NCBI GenBank assembly: GCA_947503775.1
Contig: CANNFE010000012.1
Span: 18,737 to 82,736 of the forward strand
Source of the DNA: an uncultured Rhodobacteraceae bacterium
Lineage (GTDB): Bacteria > Pseudomonadota > Alphaproteobacteria > Rhodobacterales > Rhodobacteraceae
DNA length: 64,000 nucleotides
Direction of reading: 5' to 3'
The first letter of the stretch is position 1. Each line of letters begins with the position of its first letter. Below are positions 1 through 9,552 of the stretch, piece after piece. Under the pieces are notes generated by a model. It made no database searches. It saw nothing but the letters and a program-made list of their open reading frames with translations, and was not told where the DNA came from. Position numbers and translations under genes: made by a program.

Positions 1-361
1 ACTGATCACTGCAATCGAACTGCCTGCTCCGCTGCCGGGCGCGCGTTCGGCCTATCGCAAGGTGCGGGACAGGGCGAGTTAGGCCTTCGCACTGGTCTCG
101 GTCGCAAGCGTCTTGCAGGTTGTGGACGGACGCATCGCAGGCGCGCGCATCGCCCTGGGCGGCGTCGCGCCCAAACCCTGGCGCGACTTGGAAGCCGAAA
201 TGGCGTTGGTGGGTGCCACTCCGGGCGACGCAGCCTTTTCCGAGGTCGCCGATATCATGCTTGCCGGTGCGACCACACGATCGGGCAATGCCTTCAAGCT
301 GGAACTCGCGCGCCGAACCATTGTCGCTGTGCTGCAAGAGCTGTCAGGAGAGGGACGATGA
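1..361 (+). pseudogene. xanthine dehydrogenase-family FAD-binding (medium) subunit, PaoB/YagS-like, 3' part (starts upstream of window); in-frame TAG at 80-82
   Basis: Frame 2 reads [65 protein letters not shown]...AFKLELARRTIVAVLQEL. This is continuous similarity to the C-terminal domain of FAD subunits of Mo-hydroxylases, running across a TAG at 80-82. The stop TGA at 359-361 overlaps the ATG of the next gene (ATGA). Confidence 0.6.
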
Positions 362-2736
362 CGAACCGATCTGAAGAGGATCCGGCATGGGGCACCAAGG
401 ACTGTCCAGTGATCGGCCGCCGCACTGTACTGGCGGGGTCCGCCGCGACGATTGTCGGCGCCGCCTTTGGTGGCGATGCAATCGCTCAAGCCGAGCGGCC
501 GCTTGATCCAGGCGGCGAGATCGTTCGCTCCCCCCGCGGTTTGGGCACGCCTCACTCCCGAAGGGACGGACCTATGAAGGTTCGTGGTGCGGCCCGCTTC
601 GCCGCCGAACATACGTTTCCGGGAATGGTCTATGGTGCGCTCGTCTACTCGACCATTCCGAAGGGGACCATCCGAAGGATTGACACTGCAGCGGCCGAAG
701 CGGTTCCCGGCGTGGTCTTCGTAATGACGCATGAAAATGCGCCGACGCTCGAGCCGCCCGAGCCGTTCTATTCCTCGCCGACCGGAATGGCGGGGAGTTC
801 GATCCCCGTGATGCAGGACGCCAGCATTCATTGGAACGGCCAGGCTGTCGCAGTCGTTCTGGCCGACACGCAAGAGAATGCGGATCATGCCGCGAAACTG
901 ATCGGCTTGGAATATGACGCGGTTCCGGCCGTGACGCACTTCGATGACGCGGCAGAGACTGCAGAGCTCGCCTTTCATGCAGGCCGTGACCTGCAGATCA
1001 TCTTGGGGGATTCCGAGGCGGCGCTTGCCAACGCGCCCGTCTCGGTCGATGTCGAGTTCAACACGCCGCAGCATAATCACAATCAGATTGAACCCCATGC
1101 AGTCACGGTCGCTTGGCAGGACGGTATCCTGCGGATGCACGACTGCACGCAAGGCGTTGATCTGTCCGCCATCACCATCGCCAAGGTCTTCGGCATTTCT
1201 CCAGCGAATGTTCATCTGACGGCGGAGCATGTCGGGGGCGGCTTCGGCGGCAAGACGCTGTGGCAATATCACATCTTGGCCGCAGCCGCGTCGCAGATCG
1301 CGGGCAGACCCGTCCGTATGGCCCTTTCGCGGGAGGGGGTGTACCGCATCTGTGGCGGGCGGGCGCCGACCCGGCAGCGGGTCGCACTGGGCGCGGATCG
1401 CGAAGGCCGCCTGACATCGCTGATCCACACCGGCACCACCATGAAAATCGCGAACAACTCAATGACGGAATCCTTCATCGAGGCGAGCGAACACATGTAT
1501 CGGGCTGATGCCATGCATCTCGAAGTGCGTTCGGGCATAATGGACATGCTTGGCAACACCTTCATGCGTGCGCCTGGCTCGGCCACGGGGACATTCGCGC
1601 TAGAGACTGCGCTTGATGAGCTGGCGGAAAGGCTCGGCATGGACCCGGTCGATCTGCGCATTCGCAACGAGCCTGAAGTGAACCCCACCACCGGCGTCGA
1701 ATTCTCTCAACGCGCCTTGCTCGAGGCCTATCGCGAAGGTGCACAACGGTTCGGGTGGCAGCCGCGGTCGGGTCGGCGGCTCGGGCAGCGGGATGGGGAA
1801 TGGCTGGTCGGGACCGGGATGGCGTCAGCGTACTATCCTTATAAGCGCTTCCCCGGCGGTGCCGCGCGGCTGACGCTTCGAAACGATGGCACGGCGCTGG
1901 TCGAGGTTGCGGCAGCCGATATGGGCATGGGGACGACGACCGCCACGGCGATGGTGGCGGCGGATCTGCTTGGACTTCCCTACGAGAGCATTGAGGTCCG
2001 GCATGGCGACAACACCCTTCCGGGAGCGCTGATTGCCGCCGCGTCTCAGCAGACCGCCGCGATTGGCGCGGCCCTCCGTGCGGCCCATGCTGTGCTATTG
2101 GCTGAGTTGGCCGCCCTCGCTCCGGCGGACGCGCCAGTGCAGGGCGTACCGACCGAAGACTTGGCAATGGTCGATGGCGCCTTGATATCCTACAACGATC
2201 CGAGCCGCTGGATCGCTCTGGTCGATCTTCTGGCAAGGTCGGAAAGCGGCTCGGTATCTGCCGACGCGGACGCGCCTCCACCAACAGAATGGACGACGGA
2301 GTGGTCCATGCATTCCACCGGCGCGGTGTTTTGCGAGGTGCGGGTCAACTCTGTAACCGGCGAACTGCGCGTTTCCCGGATCACCAGAGTTTACGACTGC
2401 GGCCGGATCCTCAACCCGAAACTTGCAGCAAGTCAATTCCGTGGCGGCATCGTGATGTCGCTCGGCATGGCGATGATGGAAAGCACCTATCTCGATGAAC
2501 GGAATGGCCGGATCGTAAACCCAAGCCTTGCGGCCTATTACATGCCATCGCATCTAGACGTTCCCGACATCGACGTGGCCTGGACCGGCATTCCCGATCC
2601 GCAAGCTCCGACGGGCGCACGTGGTGTCGGCGAGATTAGTATGAACGGACCGGCCGCGGCCGTTGCCAATGCCATCTACGACGCGACGGGAAAACGCGTC
2701 CGCGATCTGCCGATCACACTGGATAAACTGATGTAA
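358..2736 (+). CDS. xanthine dehydrogenase-family molybdopterin-binding large subunit (PaoC/YagR-like aldehyde oxidoreductase)
   Basis: 792-aa ORF with typical aldehyde oxidase/xanthine dehydrogenase a/b-hammerhead and Moco-binding regions (GGGFGGK, GVGEISMNGPAAAVANAIYDATGKRVRDLPITLDKL). The N-terminus has a twin-arginine-like GRRTVLAGSAATIVGAAFGG...AQA. Translationally coupled to the upstream subunit. Confidence 0.9.
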   Translation: MTNRSEEDPAWGTKDCPVIGRRTVLAGSAATIVGAAFGGDAIAQAERPLDPGGEIVRSPRGLGTPHSRRDGPMKVRGAARFAAEHTFPGMVYGALVYSTIPKGTIRRIDTAAAEAVPGVVFVMTHENAPTLEPPEPFYSSPTGMAGSSIPVMQDASIHWNGQAVAVVLADTQENADHAAKLIGLEYDAVPAVTHFDDAAETAELAFHAGRDLQIILGDSEAALANAPVSVDVEFNTPQHNHNQIEPHAVTVAWQDGILRMHDCTQGVDLSAITIAKVFGISPANVHLTAEHVGGGFGGKTLWQYHILAAAASQIAGRPVRMALSREGVYRICGGRAPTRQRVALGADREGRLTSLIHTGTTMKIANNSMTESFIEASEHMYRADAMHLEVRSGIMDMLGNTFMRAPGSATGTFALETALDELAERLGMDPVDLRIRNEPEVNPTTGVEFSQRALLEAYREGAQRFGWQPRSGRRLGQRDGEWLVGTGMASAYYPYKRFPGGAARLTLRNDGTALVEVAAADMGMGTTTATAMVAADLLGLPYESIEVRHGDNTLPGALIAAASQQTAAIGAALRAAHAVLLAELAALAPADAPVQGVPTEDLAMVDGALISYNDPSRWIALVDLLARSESGSVSADADAPPPTEWTTEWSMHSTGAVFCEVRVNSVTGELRVSRITRVYDCGRILNPKLAASQFRGGIVMSLGMAMMESTYLDERNGRIVNPSLAAYYMPSHLDVPDIDVAWTGIPDPQAPTGARGVGEISMNGPAAAVANAIYDATGKRVRDLPITLDKLM

Positions 2737-3082
2737 TCAGAGGGATCGGATCACTTGCCTGGCAGCCTGCGCTGGCGTTCATCGATTTCTTTCGTCAACT
2801 GGCCGTTCTGCGAGGCTTCACACCAACACAACGCTTATCCTCGGAAGGACATCGCTTGGCCTGTGTCCCGACGGTCCAACTTCGATAGTATGGCACGAGG
2901 ATGCCGCACCAATCGTTAGATCGACGTCTCAATCTTGTCTATGGACGGATTGGCTATATGCGGTCAAGTACAAGCCAGAGTGCTGCACGGCCTCCATTTT
3001 GTCTGACGTATCAGTCTTTTTAGTGTGCCGTATTTCTTCAAGCCAGACGCCTTGGGGAAGAGATCAAGCGCTTCTTCTTGTT

Positions 3083-4033
3083 TCACTTCCCTGGCGAATG
3101 AACTGGCGCGGCGCCTGACCCATGACGCGTTTGAACGCAACGCCAAAGGCGCTTGCCGACATCAGCCGCGACACTTGCGACGGATTTCTGCGTTCGGCGA
3201 AGACGATCGGCCGCAAGCAGCATTCGCCATTCGGTCAGATACTCTATCGGCGTTTGACCCGTGACAGTCCGAAACCGAATGGCGAATGATGTTCGGGACA
3301 GCGCTGCGACTTCTGCAAGATCCTGCACGGTCCAAGGCCGGGCGGGATCATCGTGCATCGCTGCAACGACTGGCGCGATCTTTGGATCGGACAGTGCGGT
3401 CAACCATCCGGCATCGGCCAGAGTGTTGTTTGCAAGGTGGGTGCGCATGACCTGTAGCAATAGAAAATGAGACAAATGCGTGATGGATAGAGGACTGCCC
3501 GGTCGCGGATCGCGCAACTCCGCAGCGATACGCTCGAGTGTCCATTTGATACCGTCTTGCTCGGGACCCGGCGTGACGATCATGAGCGAAGGCAGCGCGC
3601 GCAGCAATGTATCCGCCACTGGTCCAGAGAGAAGAAAGCGCGCTCCGGTCATGTTAAAATCGCCACCCTCGCCATATATCGCTGTGCCGCCGTGGCGAAC
3701 GGGCGCATAAAGGATCTGTGCATCCTGACTCGTGCGCATGGGCCTGGACGACAACAAAAACGGCCTGCCATGCGGAAGGATCGCGCAGGTCCCGGCTTTC
3801 AACTCAACCGGCGCCTCGCTTTCGACAGTGATCCAGCAAGTCCCCTTGATCACGGCATTGCACTTCAGCCCGGCATGCGCCTCGAAGCGGATCGACCAGC
3901 TGCCGCCTGCGTCAAAACCCGCGGCGACGCAGTCATGCGGATGCAAAAGCGAGATGATGTCAGATAGCGGGTCCATGGAACGCTCCGAACGATGGAAAGA
4001 GAAATGGGTATGCTGGCACATATATCGTTCCAA
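3083..4033 (-). CDS. AraC family transcriptional regulator (cupin N-domain + HTH); last ~30 codons appear out of frame
   Basis: N-terminal cupin-like region and C-terminal HTH (TVQDLAEVAALSRTSFAIRFRTVTGQTPIEYLTEWRMLLAADRL). The canonical end SASAFGVAFKRVMGQAPRQF is encoded in a different frame ending at 3064. See the frameshift finding. Confidence 0.8.
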   Translation of the reverse strand: MERYMCQHTHFSFHRSERSMDPLSDIISLLHPHDCVAAGFDAGGSWSIRFEAHAGLKCNAVIKGTCWITVESEAPVELKAGTCAILPHGRPFLLSSRPMRTSQDAQILYAPVRHGGTAIYGEGGDFNMTGARFLLSGPVADTLLRALPSLMIVTPGPEQDGIKWTLERIAAELRDPRPGSPLSITHLSHFLLLQVMRTHLANNTLADAGWLTALSDPKIAPVVAAMHDDPARPWTVQDLAEVAALSRTSFAIRFRTVTGQTPIEYLTEWRMLLAADRLRRTQKSVASVAADVGKRLWRCVQTRHGSGAAPVHSPGK

Positions 4034-4079
4034 TTATTATTATCCATAGGTAGGGTCCGAACAACACTGAGACCCGATC

Positions 4080-4988
4080 ATGATCCTCATCACCACACAG
4101 ACCGGCGACATCGGCGCACGCGTCATTGCTCAGGTTCTCGATGCGGGCGAACCTGTGCGCGTCATCGTCCGCGATGCGACCAAACTCTCTGGTAACATGC
4201 CAAGCTGGCTCGATATTATCGAAGGATCCCATGCCGATGCAGCGGTGATTGGCCCAGCTCTCGACGGTGTCGACCGCGTTTTCTGGCTGCCCCCAGGCAA
4301 TCCGACGGAACCTTCGGCCGATCACGCCTATGTCACGTTTTCGCAAGCCTTCGCCGATGCTCTTCAAACTTCGGATGTCAGTCATGTCGTCGGGATTTCC
4401 GCGCTGGGCCGTGGTTGGGCTGAACCCGCCGGGCTCGTCTCGGCGAGCCTTGCCATGGATGATCTGATCGGAGCGACCGGTGTCGCTTATCGCGCGCTGA
4501 CGTGCGCGTCCCTCATGGACAACCTGATGCGTCAGATCGACCCGATCCGTGACGGTGCTTTTTTCGCGCCGACACCCCGCGATCTCAAACTGCCCCATGT
4601 CGCCAAATCGGATGTCGCGGCGGTCGCGTCTCGCTTGCTTTTGTCGCCCGATTGGCAGGGTGTCGAGGAGATCCCTCTTTATGGGCCCGAAGATCTGTCC
4701 TTCGACGAGATGGCGGAAACACTGTCCGCCCTTCTGAAAAGCCCGATCGCCTTTCACGAGATGTCGATGGATGCCTTCGCAGAAATGATGCGCTCGATTG
4801 GAACGAGCGAGGGAATGGCGCGCGACTACGTCGATATGATGACCGCCAAGAACAATGGCATGGACAAAATGCATCCCGATGCGCTGCGCCATGACACGCC
4901 CACCACGTTTCGCTCTTGGGCAATGGCCGAATTAAAGCCGGCGGTTCTCAACTGGCCGCATGCAGTCGGCTCAGGGCAGGTTAGCTAA
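4080..4988 (+). CDS. NmrA-like / NAD(P)H-binding SDR-superfamily protein
   Basis: 302 aa. The N-terminal Rossmann-like MILITTQTGDIGARVIAQVL and overall architecture are typical of the NmrA/atypical SDR family. Divergent from the AraC gene. Confidence 0.7.
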   Translation: MILITTQTGDIGARVIAQVLDAGEPVRVIVRDATKLSGNMPSWLDIIEGSHADAAVIGPALDGVDRVFWLPPGNPTEPSADHAYVTFSQAFADALQTSDVSHVVGISALGRGWAEPAGLVSASLAMDDLIGATGVAYRALTCASLMDNLMRQIDPIRDGAFFAPTPRDLKLPHVAKSDVAAVASRLLLSPDWQGVEEIPLYGPEDLSFDEMAETLSALLKSPIAFHEMSMDAFAEMMRSIGTSEGMARDYVDMMTAKNNGMDKMHPDALRHDTPTTFRSWAMAELKPAVLNWPHAVGSGQVS

Positions 4989-5001
4989 ACGACAAGGATC
5001 T

Positions 5002-5391
5002 TTATGGCGCGGCGGCAGTCACCTCGATCTCGACCAAAAATTCGGGCCGGGTGAAACCCGAAACGATGACAAGTGTCGAGGCTGGAAGGCGGGCCACGCC
5101 CGCAAGCCAGTCGTCACGCGCAATCATATATCCGGCCATATGTTCGCGATCCGTCACAAAGGCGTTGATCCGGACAACATCGTCCGGCCCCATTCCGGCT
5201 TCGCTTAGGATCGCCGCGCAGTTGGTGAAGCAAAGCCGGGCCTGAGCTTCTGCTCCGTCAGGAACCGTCCCGTCTGCCGCAAGCGGCAATTGCCCTGAAC
5301 TTGCAGCAATGCGCCATCCTGCCGGGATTTCTACGCCGTGGGCATACCGAGCGAAGGGTGGGGCGATACTTGTCGGGGTAAGCACACGCAT
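5002..5391 (-). CDS. RidA/YjgF family protein (reactive intermediate deaminase-like)
   Basis: The ORF contains a RidA-like core (PPFARYAHGVEI...SSGQLPL...VRINAFV...ARDDWL...PASTLVIVSGF...FLVEIEVTA). I chose the internal ATG at 5389-5391 (MRVLTP), preceded by GAGG. The longer 155-aa ORF extension is not conserved-looking. Confidence 0.75.
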   Translation of the reverse strand: MRVLTPTSIAPPFARYAHGVEIPAGWRIAASSGQLPLAADGTVPDGAEAQARLCFTNCAAILSEAGMGPDDVVRINAFVTDREHMAGYMIARDDWLAGVARLPASTLVIVSGFTRPEFLVEIEVTAAAP

Positions 5392-5582
5392 CGGGACCTC
5401 ATGGTTAACCGTTCGTATCTGAGCGGACGCCCTCATCTCTGACAAGGGCGTGTGCGAAAAGAGTGGCAAATGCCCGCAAATTAGGCATCAGCTACCGTCC
5501 TGCAGGCACCGAATAGGGGAACACTTGTCAACGGACCGACCCGGCAAGCACGATTTCCGGGCAAATAATCAACGGGGATAAA

Positions 5583-6596
5583 ATGACAGATCGCTTCCAC
5601 TACGCTGGATCGCTATTGAGTATCTCTATCCTGCCCGCAGCGATGATATCTGCCAACGCCGCCATGGCGCAGGATCTCACGCCAGTCAGCTTTGGTACCA
5701 ACTGGGTCGCTCAGGCGGAACATGGTGGCTTCTATCAGTCGGTCGCGGATGGAACCTATGCCGAATGCGGGCTCGAGGTAACGATTGTGCCAGGTGGTCC
5801 GCAAGTGAACAACACCGCTCTGATGCTTGCGGGGCGGATCGACTTTTATATGGGCGGGCATCTCGATGCCTATTTCGGCGTTGCCGAGGGACTGCCTTTG
5901 GTGAATGTCGCTGCGAGCTTCCAGAAGGATCCGCAAGTCATCCTCACCCATCCGGGCCGCGTGGACAGCTTCGATGCGCTGACCGAGCTTACGATGATTG
6001 TTCAAGACAATGCGGTCTACTACGAATGGATGAAATCCGCGTTTGGCTTCAACGATGAGCAGCGGCAGACCTACACATTCAATTCTGGCCCATTTGTCGT
6101 GAACGAAGATGCCGGCCAGCAAGGCTACCTCTCCTCCGAACCCTTTGCCATTGAACGTGAGACGGGATGGGCGCCTGACGTCTACCTGATCGCCGATGCA
6201 GGCTATAATGCCTACTCAACTACGATCCAGACCCTGCGCGACACTGTCGAGAGCCGGCCCGAGGTCGTTGAATGCTTCGTCGAAGGCTCGATCACGGGCT
6301 GGTACAACTATCTTTATAATGACAACTCGGCTGCCAATGACCTCATCATGGCCGATAATCCCGAGATGACGCAGGAGGCGATCGACTATGCCATTTCGGT
6401 CATCAAGGAGAACGGAATCGTCGATTCCGGCGATACGCTTGAACTCGGCATCGGTGCAATGACCGAGGAGCGGATGAACTCCTTTTACGAGAAGATGGTC
6501 GAGGCCGGCGTCATAGAGGACGGGCTGGATATCTCGACCTCGTATGATCTGAGCTTTATCAACAAAGGTCTCGGCATGGATCTCAGGCCGCAATAA
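5583..6596 (+). CDS. ABC transporter substrate-binding protein, NMT1/THI5-like (NitT/TauT-type)
   Basis: 337 aa with a signal peptide (ILPAAMISANAAMAQ). NMT1-like fold features (FGTNWVAQAEHGGFYQ). First gene of a packed operon. Confidence 0.8.
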   Translation: MTDRFHYAGSLLSISILPAAMISANAAMAQDLTPVSFGTNWVAQAEHGGFYQSVADGTYAECGLEVTIVPGGPQVNNTALMLAGRIDFYMGGHLDAYFGVAEGLPLVNVAASFQKDPQVILTHPGRVDSFDALTELTMIVQDNAVYYEWMKSAFGFNDEQRQTYTFNSGPFVVNEDAGQQGYLSSEPFAIERETGWAPDVYLIADAGYNAYSTTIQTLRDTVESRPEVVECFVEGSITGWYNYLYNDNSAANDLIMADNPEMTQEAIDYAISVIKENGIVDSGDTLELGIGAMTEERMNSFYEKMVEAGVIEDGLDISTSYDLSFINKGLGMDLRPQ

Positions 6597-6597
6597 G

Positions 6598-7389
6598 GTG
6601 GGTCCCGTGGCCCAACCCGACACCAGCACCGAGCCCATCCTTCGACTGCGGCAAGTCGACAAGACATTTGCAGGCAATATCGTCGCACTGCGCGGGATGT
6701 CGATGGAAGTGCGCCAAGGTGATTTTATCTCGCTTTTGGGTCCATCCGGCTGCGGCAAATCCACTGCCTTGCGCCTTATTGCGGGGCTGATGCGGGCGAC
6801 CCATGGACGTCTCGACTGGCCCGGCGGCGGCGAGGGGGATCTGGGCGTCGTCTTTCAGGAACCCACGCTCATGCCCTGGGCGACGGTTGAACGAAACGTC
6901 TGGCTGCCCTTCCGCCTTCGGAGACAGTCGCTCGCGGCCAGCAGGCAGACAATCCACGAGGCGCTTGCCCTTGTCGGTCTGGAGGGCTTTGAGAAAAAAT
7001 ACCCCCGAGAGCTCTCGGGCGGCATGAAGATGCGCGTTTCTATCGCGCGCGCCCTTGTCACCAACCCGCGGCTTATTCTGATGGACGAGCCATTCGCCGC
7101 ACTTGACGAGATCACCCGCCAGAGACTCAACGATGATCTTCTGTCGCTCAAGGCCAAGACCGGAGCGACCGTCATCTTCGTCACGCATTCGGTGTTCGAA
7201 AGCGTCTTTCTGTCGAACCGCATTCTTGTGATGGCCCCGCGTCCCGGCCGCGTCATCGAAGAGATCGACGTCCCGGAGCCCTATCCGCGCGGCGATGGCT
7301 GGCGCAACTCCCATGCCTATGTCGAGATGGCAGCCCGCACGTCGAATGCGCTCCAGCGGGCCCTGCACCCGGAAAGCGAAGGAGTGTGA
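6598..7389 (+). CDS. ABC transporter ATP-binding protein (NitT/TauT family)
   Basis: Walker A GPSGCGKST, signature LSGGMKMRVSIARAL, Walker B LILMDEPF. GTG start at 6598. An alternative GTG at 6607 has better spacing to the AAGGTGG Shine-Dalgarno. Confidence 0.9.
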   Translation: MGPVAQPDTSTEPILRLRQVDKTFAGNIVALRGMSMEVRQGDFISLLGPSGCGKSTALRLIAGLMRATHGRLDWPGGGEGDLGVVFQEPTLMPWATVERNVWLPFRLRRQSLAASRQTIHEALALVGLEGFEKKYPRELSGGMKMRVSIARALVTNPRLILMDEPFAALDEITRQRLNDDLLSLKAKTGATVIFVTHSVFESVFLSNRILVMAPRPGRVIEEIDVPEPYPRGDGWRNSHAYVEMAARTSNALQRALHPESEGV

Positions 7390-7390
7390 G

Positions 7391-8278
7391 ATGGCACTGG
7401 CCGACGATCCCCGAACCGGCATGAACCCGGCCCAGCCCCCTGCCATGGACCCGTCTCTCATCGATCCCGAAGAAGAGCGTATCGCGCGCGCCAAGAGGAT
7501 CGAAGGCACAGCCAAATGGCTTCTGCCGCTGGTCGTCATGGCCCTCGCAGTCTGGCTTTGGGACAGGGTCGTGGCCTGGAACGAGATCCCCCACTACGTG
7601 CTACCTGGGCCCGGCCTCGTCGTGGAAACGCTCTGGGAGGATCGCGCGCTGCTTCTTGGCTCCCTTTGGATCACGCTCAAGATCACCTTCATGGCCCTTG
7701 CTGTCGCGGTTATCGGCGGGGTCGGCCTCGCAGTTCTTTTTGCGCAGTCACGCTTTGCCGAGATGTCTTTCTCGCCCTTCGCGGTGATCCTTCAGGTCAC
7801 GCCCATCGTCTCTATCGCGCCGCTCATCTTTATCTATATCGAAAACCGGCTCGTCGGACTTTTGCTTTGCGCCTGGATCGTCGCCTTCTTTCCGGTGCTG
7901 GCGAATACGACGCTCGGGCTGAAATCAGCAGATCATAACCTGCGCGATCTGATGACGATCTATCGCGCCACCCGGTGGCAAAGGTTGATCCATCTACAGC
8001 TTCCCTCAGCCTTGCCTTACTTTCTTGGGGGGCTGAAAATCGCAGGCGGCCTTGCTCTGATCGGTGCGGTCGTGGCCGAATATGTCGCCGGCACCGGAGG
8101 TATCGGATCGGGCCTTGCCTTCCGCATCCTCGAGGCCGGCTACCGCCTCAATATCCCGCGCATGTTCGCAGCCTTGATCCTGATCGCCATCACCGGTGTC
8201 CTGATCTACGGCGCGACGTCCTTGATCGCTCATCTGGCGCTCCGTCGCTGGCATGAATCGGCGCTGAAACGGGAATGA
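7391..8278 (+). CDS. ABC transporter permease
   Basis: Multi-TM protein with BPD-type inner membrane component features. ATG at 7391 is preceded by GGAG and sits 1 nt after the ATPase stop. The ORF-track N-terminal extension was rejected. Confidence 0.85.
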   Translation: MALADDPRTGMNPAQPPAMDPSLIDPEEERIARAKRIEGTAKWLLPLVVMALAVWLWDRVVAWNEIPHYVLPGPGLVVETLWEDRALLLGSLWITLKITFMALAVAVIGGVGLAVLFAQSRFAEMSFSPFAVILQVTPIVSIAPLIFIYIENRLVGLLLCAWIVAFFPVLANTTLGLKSADHNLRDLMTIYRATRWQRLIHLQLPSALPYFLGGLKIAGGLALIGAVVAEYVAGTGGIGSGLAFRILEAGYRLNIPRMFAALILIAITGVLIYGATSLIAHLALRRWHESALKRE

Positions 8279-9552
8279 GCATGGACTTCCGGTCATTGCC
8301 CGAGGGTGATTTAAGGCTTGAGAACGTCACGATCCCGGGGTCGCTTCTGGGCCAGGACGACCCCTTGGTTCGCACCACCCTCAGCATCGTCGGCGGGCAG
8401 ATTGCCGAGGCAGGTGGAACCCCGGTGGACATGCGCGGCGCAATGCTGCTGCCGTGTTTTACGGACATGCATACGCATCTCGACAAAGGTCACATATGGC
8501 CCCGGTCTTCAAATCCAGACGGCACGTTCATGAGCGCTCTTGAAACCGTTCGCGAGGACAAACCGGGTCGCTGGAACGCTGAAGATCTTATGCCGCGTAT
8601 GAATTTTTCACTGGACTGCGCCTATGCCCATGGAACCCGCGCAATCCGAACGCATCTGGACTATTTCGCTGATCTGGACGCCGCCGCCATCTCATGGGAG
8701 GTCTTCGCGGCCATACGCGAGCAATGGGCCGGACGGATCGCGCTCCAAGCGTCCGTTCTGACCGGTGCCGACATGGCGGGCGTAGAGGGTGAGCTTGACC
8801 GCTGCGCCGATCTCGTCTCGTGCTACGGCGGGATCCTCGGCGCCGTGACCTATCCCGAACCCGGCTTGCGCGGATGGCTTTACTCTTATGTCGAAGCTGC
8901 CGGAGTGCGGGGCCTCGATTTGGACTTTCATGTCGACGAGACATTGGATCCTTCGGTCAACACACTGCGGGACGTTGCCCAGATCGTCATAGAGACCGGG
9001 TTTGAAGGCACTGTCACGGTGGGACACCTTTGTTCTCTTTCGGCCATGACCCCTGATGAAGCGGATGCAATGCTCGATCTCGCGGCAGAGGCCGGACTGC
9101 ACGTTGTCAGCCTGCCCATGTGCAACCTTTACCTGCAGGATCGCCATCCCGGGCGCACTCCGCGAGCGCGCGGCGTGACGCTGGTACACGAAATGAAAGC
9201 GCGGGGTATTCCCGTCAGCTTTGCCTCCGACAATACGCGCGATCCATTCTACGCCTACGGCGATATGGATATGGTCGAGGTTATGCGCGAGGCGACGCGC
9301 ATCGCCCATCTCGATCATTCCGATTCGAGCTGGATCCACGCTTTCAACGATCAACCAGCCGCCACATGCGGCTTCGACGCCGGTCCGCTTTCTGCCGGGG
9401 CGCCAGCGGATTTCGTTCTCTTTCGCGCACGCGAATGGACAGAGTTCTTCGCACGTCCCCAATCGGATCGGATCGTCCTGCGAGAAGGGCGCGTCATCGA
9501 CCGAACGCTGCCCTATTACCCAACGCTCGACCCACTTATGGAGCCGCTATGA
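8275..9552 (+). CDS. amidohydrolase, cytosine deaminase (CodA)/AtzC-like
   Basis: 425 aa. Metal-binding HTHLDKGH motif near the N-terminus, plus later H/D motifs (DFHVDE, SDN) typical of cytosine-deaminase-like amidohydrolases. ATGA overlap with the permease stop. Confidence 0.75.
   Translation: MSMDFRSLPEGDLRLENVTIPGSLLGQDDPLVRTTLSIVGGQIAEAGGTPVDMRGAMLLPCFTDMHTHLDKGHIWPRSSNPDGTFMSALETVREDKPGRWNAEDLMPRMNFSLDCAYAHGTRAIRTHLDYFADLDAAAISWEVFAAIREQWAGRIALQASVLTGADMAGVEGELDRCADLVSCYGGILGAVTYPEPGLRGWLYSYVEAAGVRGLDLDFHVDETLDPSVNTLRDVAQIVIETGFEGTVTVGHLCSLSAMTPDEADAMLDLAAEAGLHVVSLPMCNLYLQDRHPGRTPRARGVTLVHEMKARGIPVSFASDNTRDPFYAYGDMDMVEVMREATRIAHLDHSDSSWIHAFNDQPAATCGFDAGPLSAGAPADFVLFRAREWTEFFARPQSDRIVLREGRVIDRTLPYYPTLDPLMEPL

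Noticed and set aside
79-1428. Long ORFs on the opposite strand or in alternative frames of well-supported genes. Examples: 79..1428(-), 26098..27552(+) antisense to ffh, 42618..43964(+), 42670..44115(-), 55638..57470(-), 58813..60768(-), and the 47573 extension of hyuB.
   Set aside because: Their translations are Arg/Pro/Ala/Gly-rich and low-complexity with no recognisable motifs. They fully overlap CDSs that have strong family signatures. These are typical shadow ORFs of GC-rich DNA.
5470-5582. A TPP (THI-box) riboswitch upstream of the NMT1/THI5-like binding-protein gene.
   Set aside because: The leader lacks the conserved CTGAGA and ACCTGATCTGGATAATGCCAGCG-like elements.
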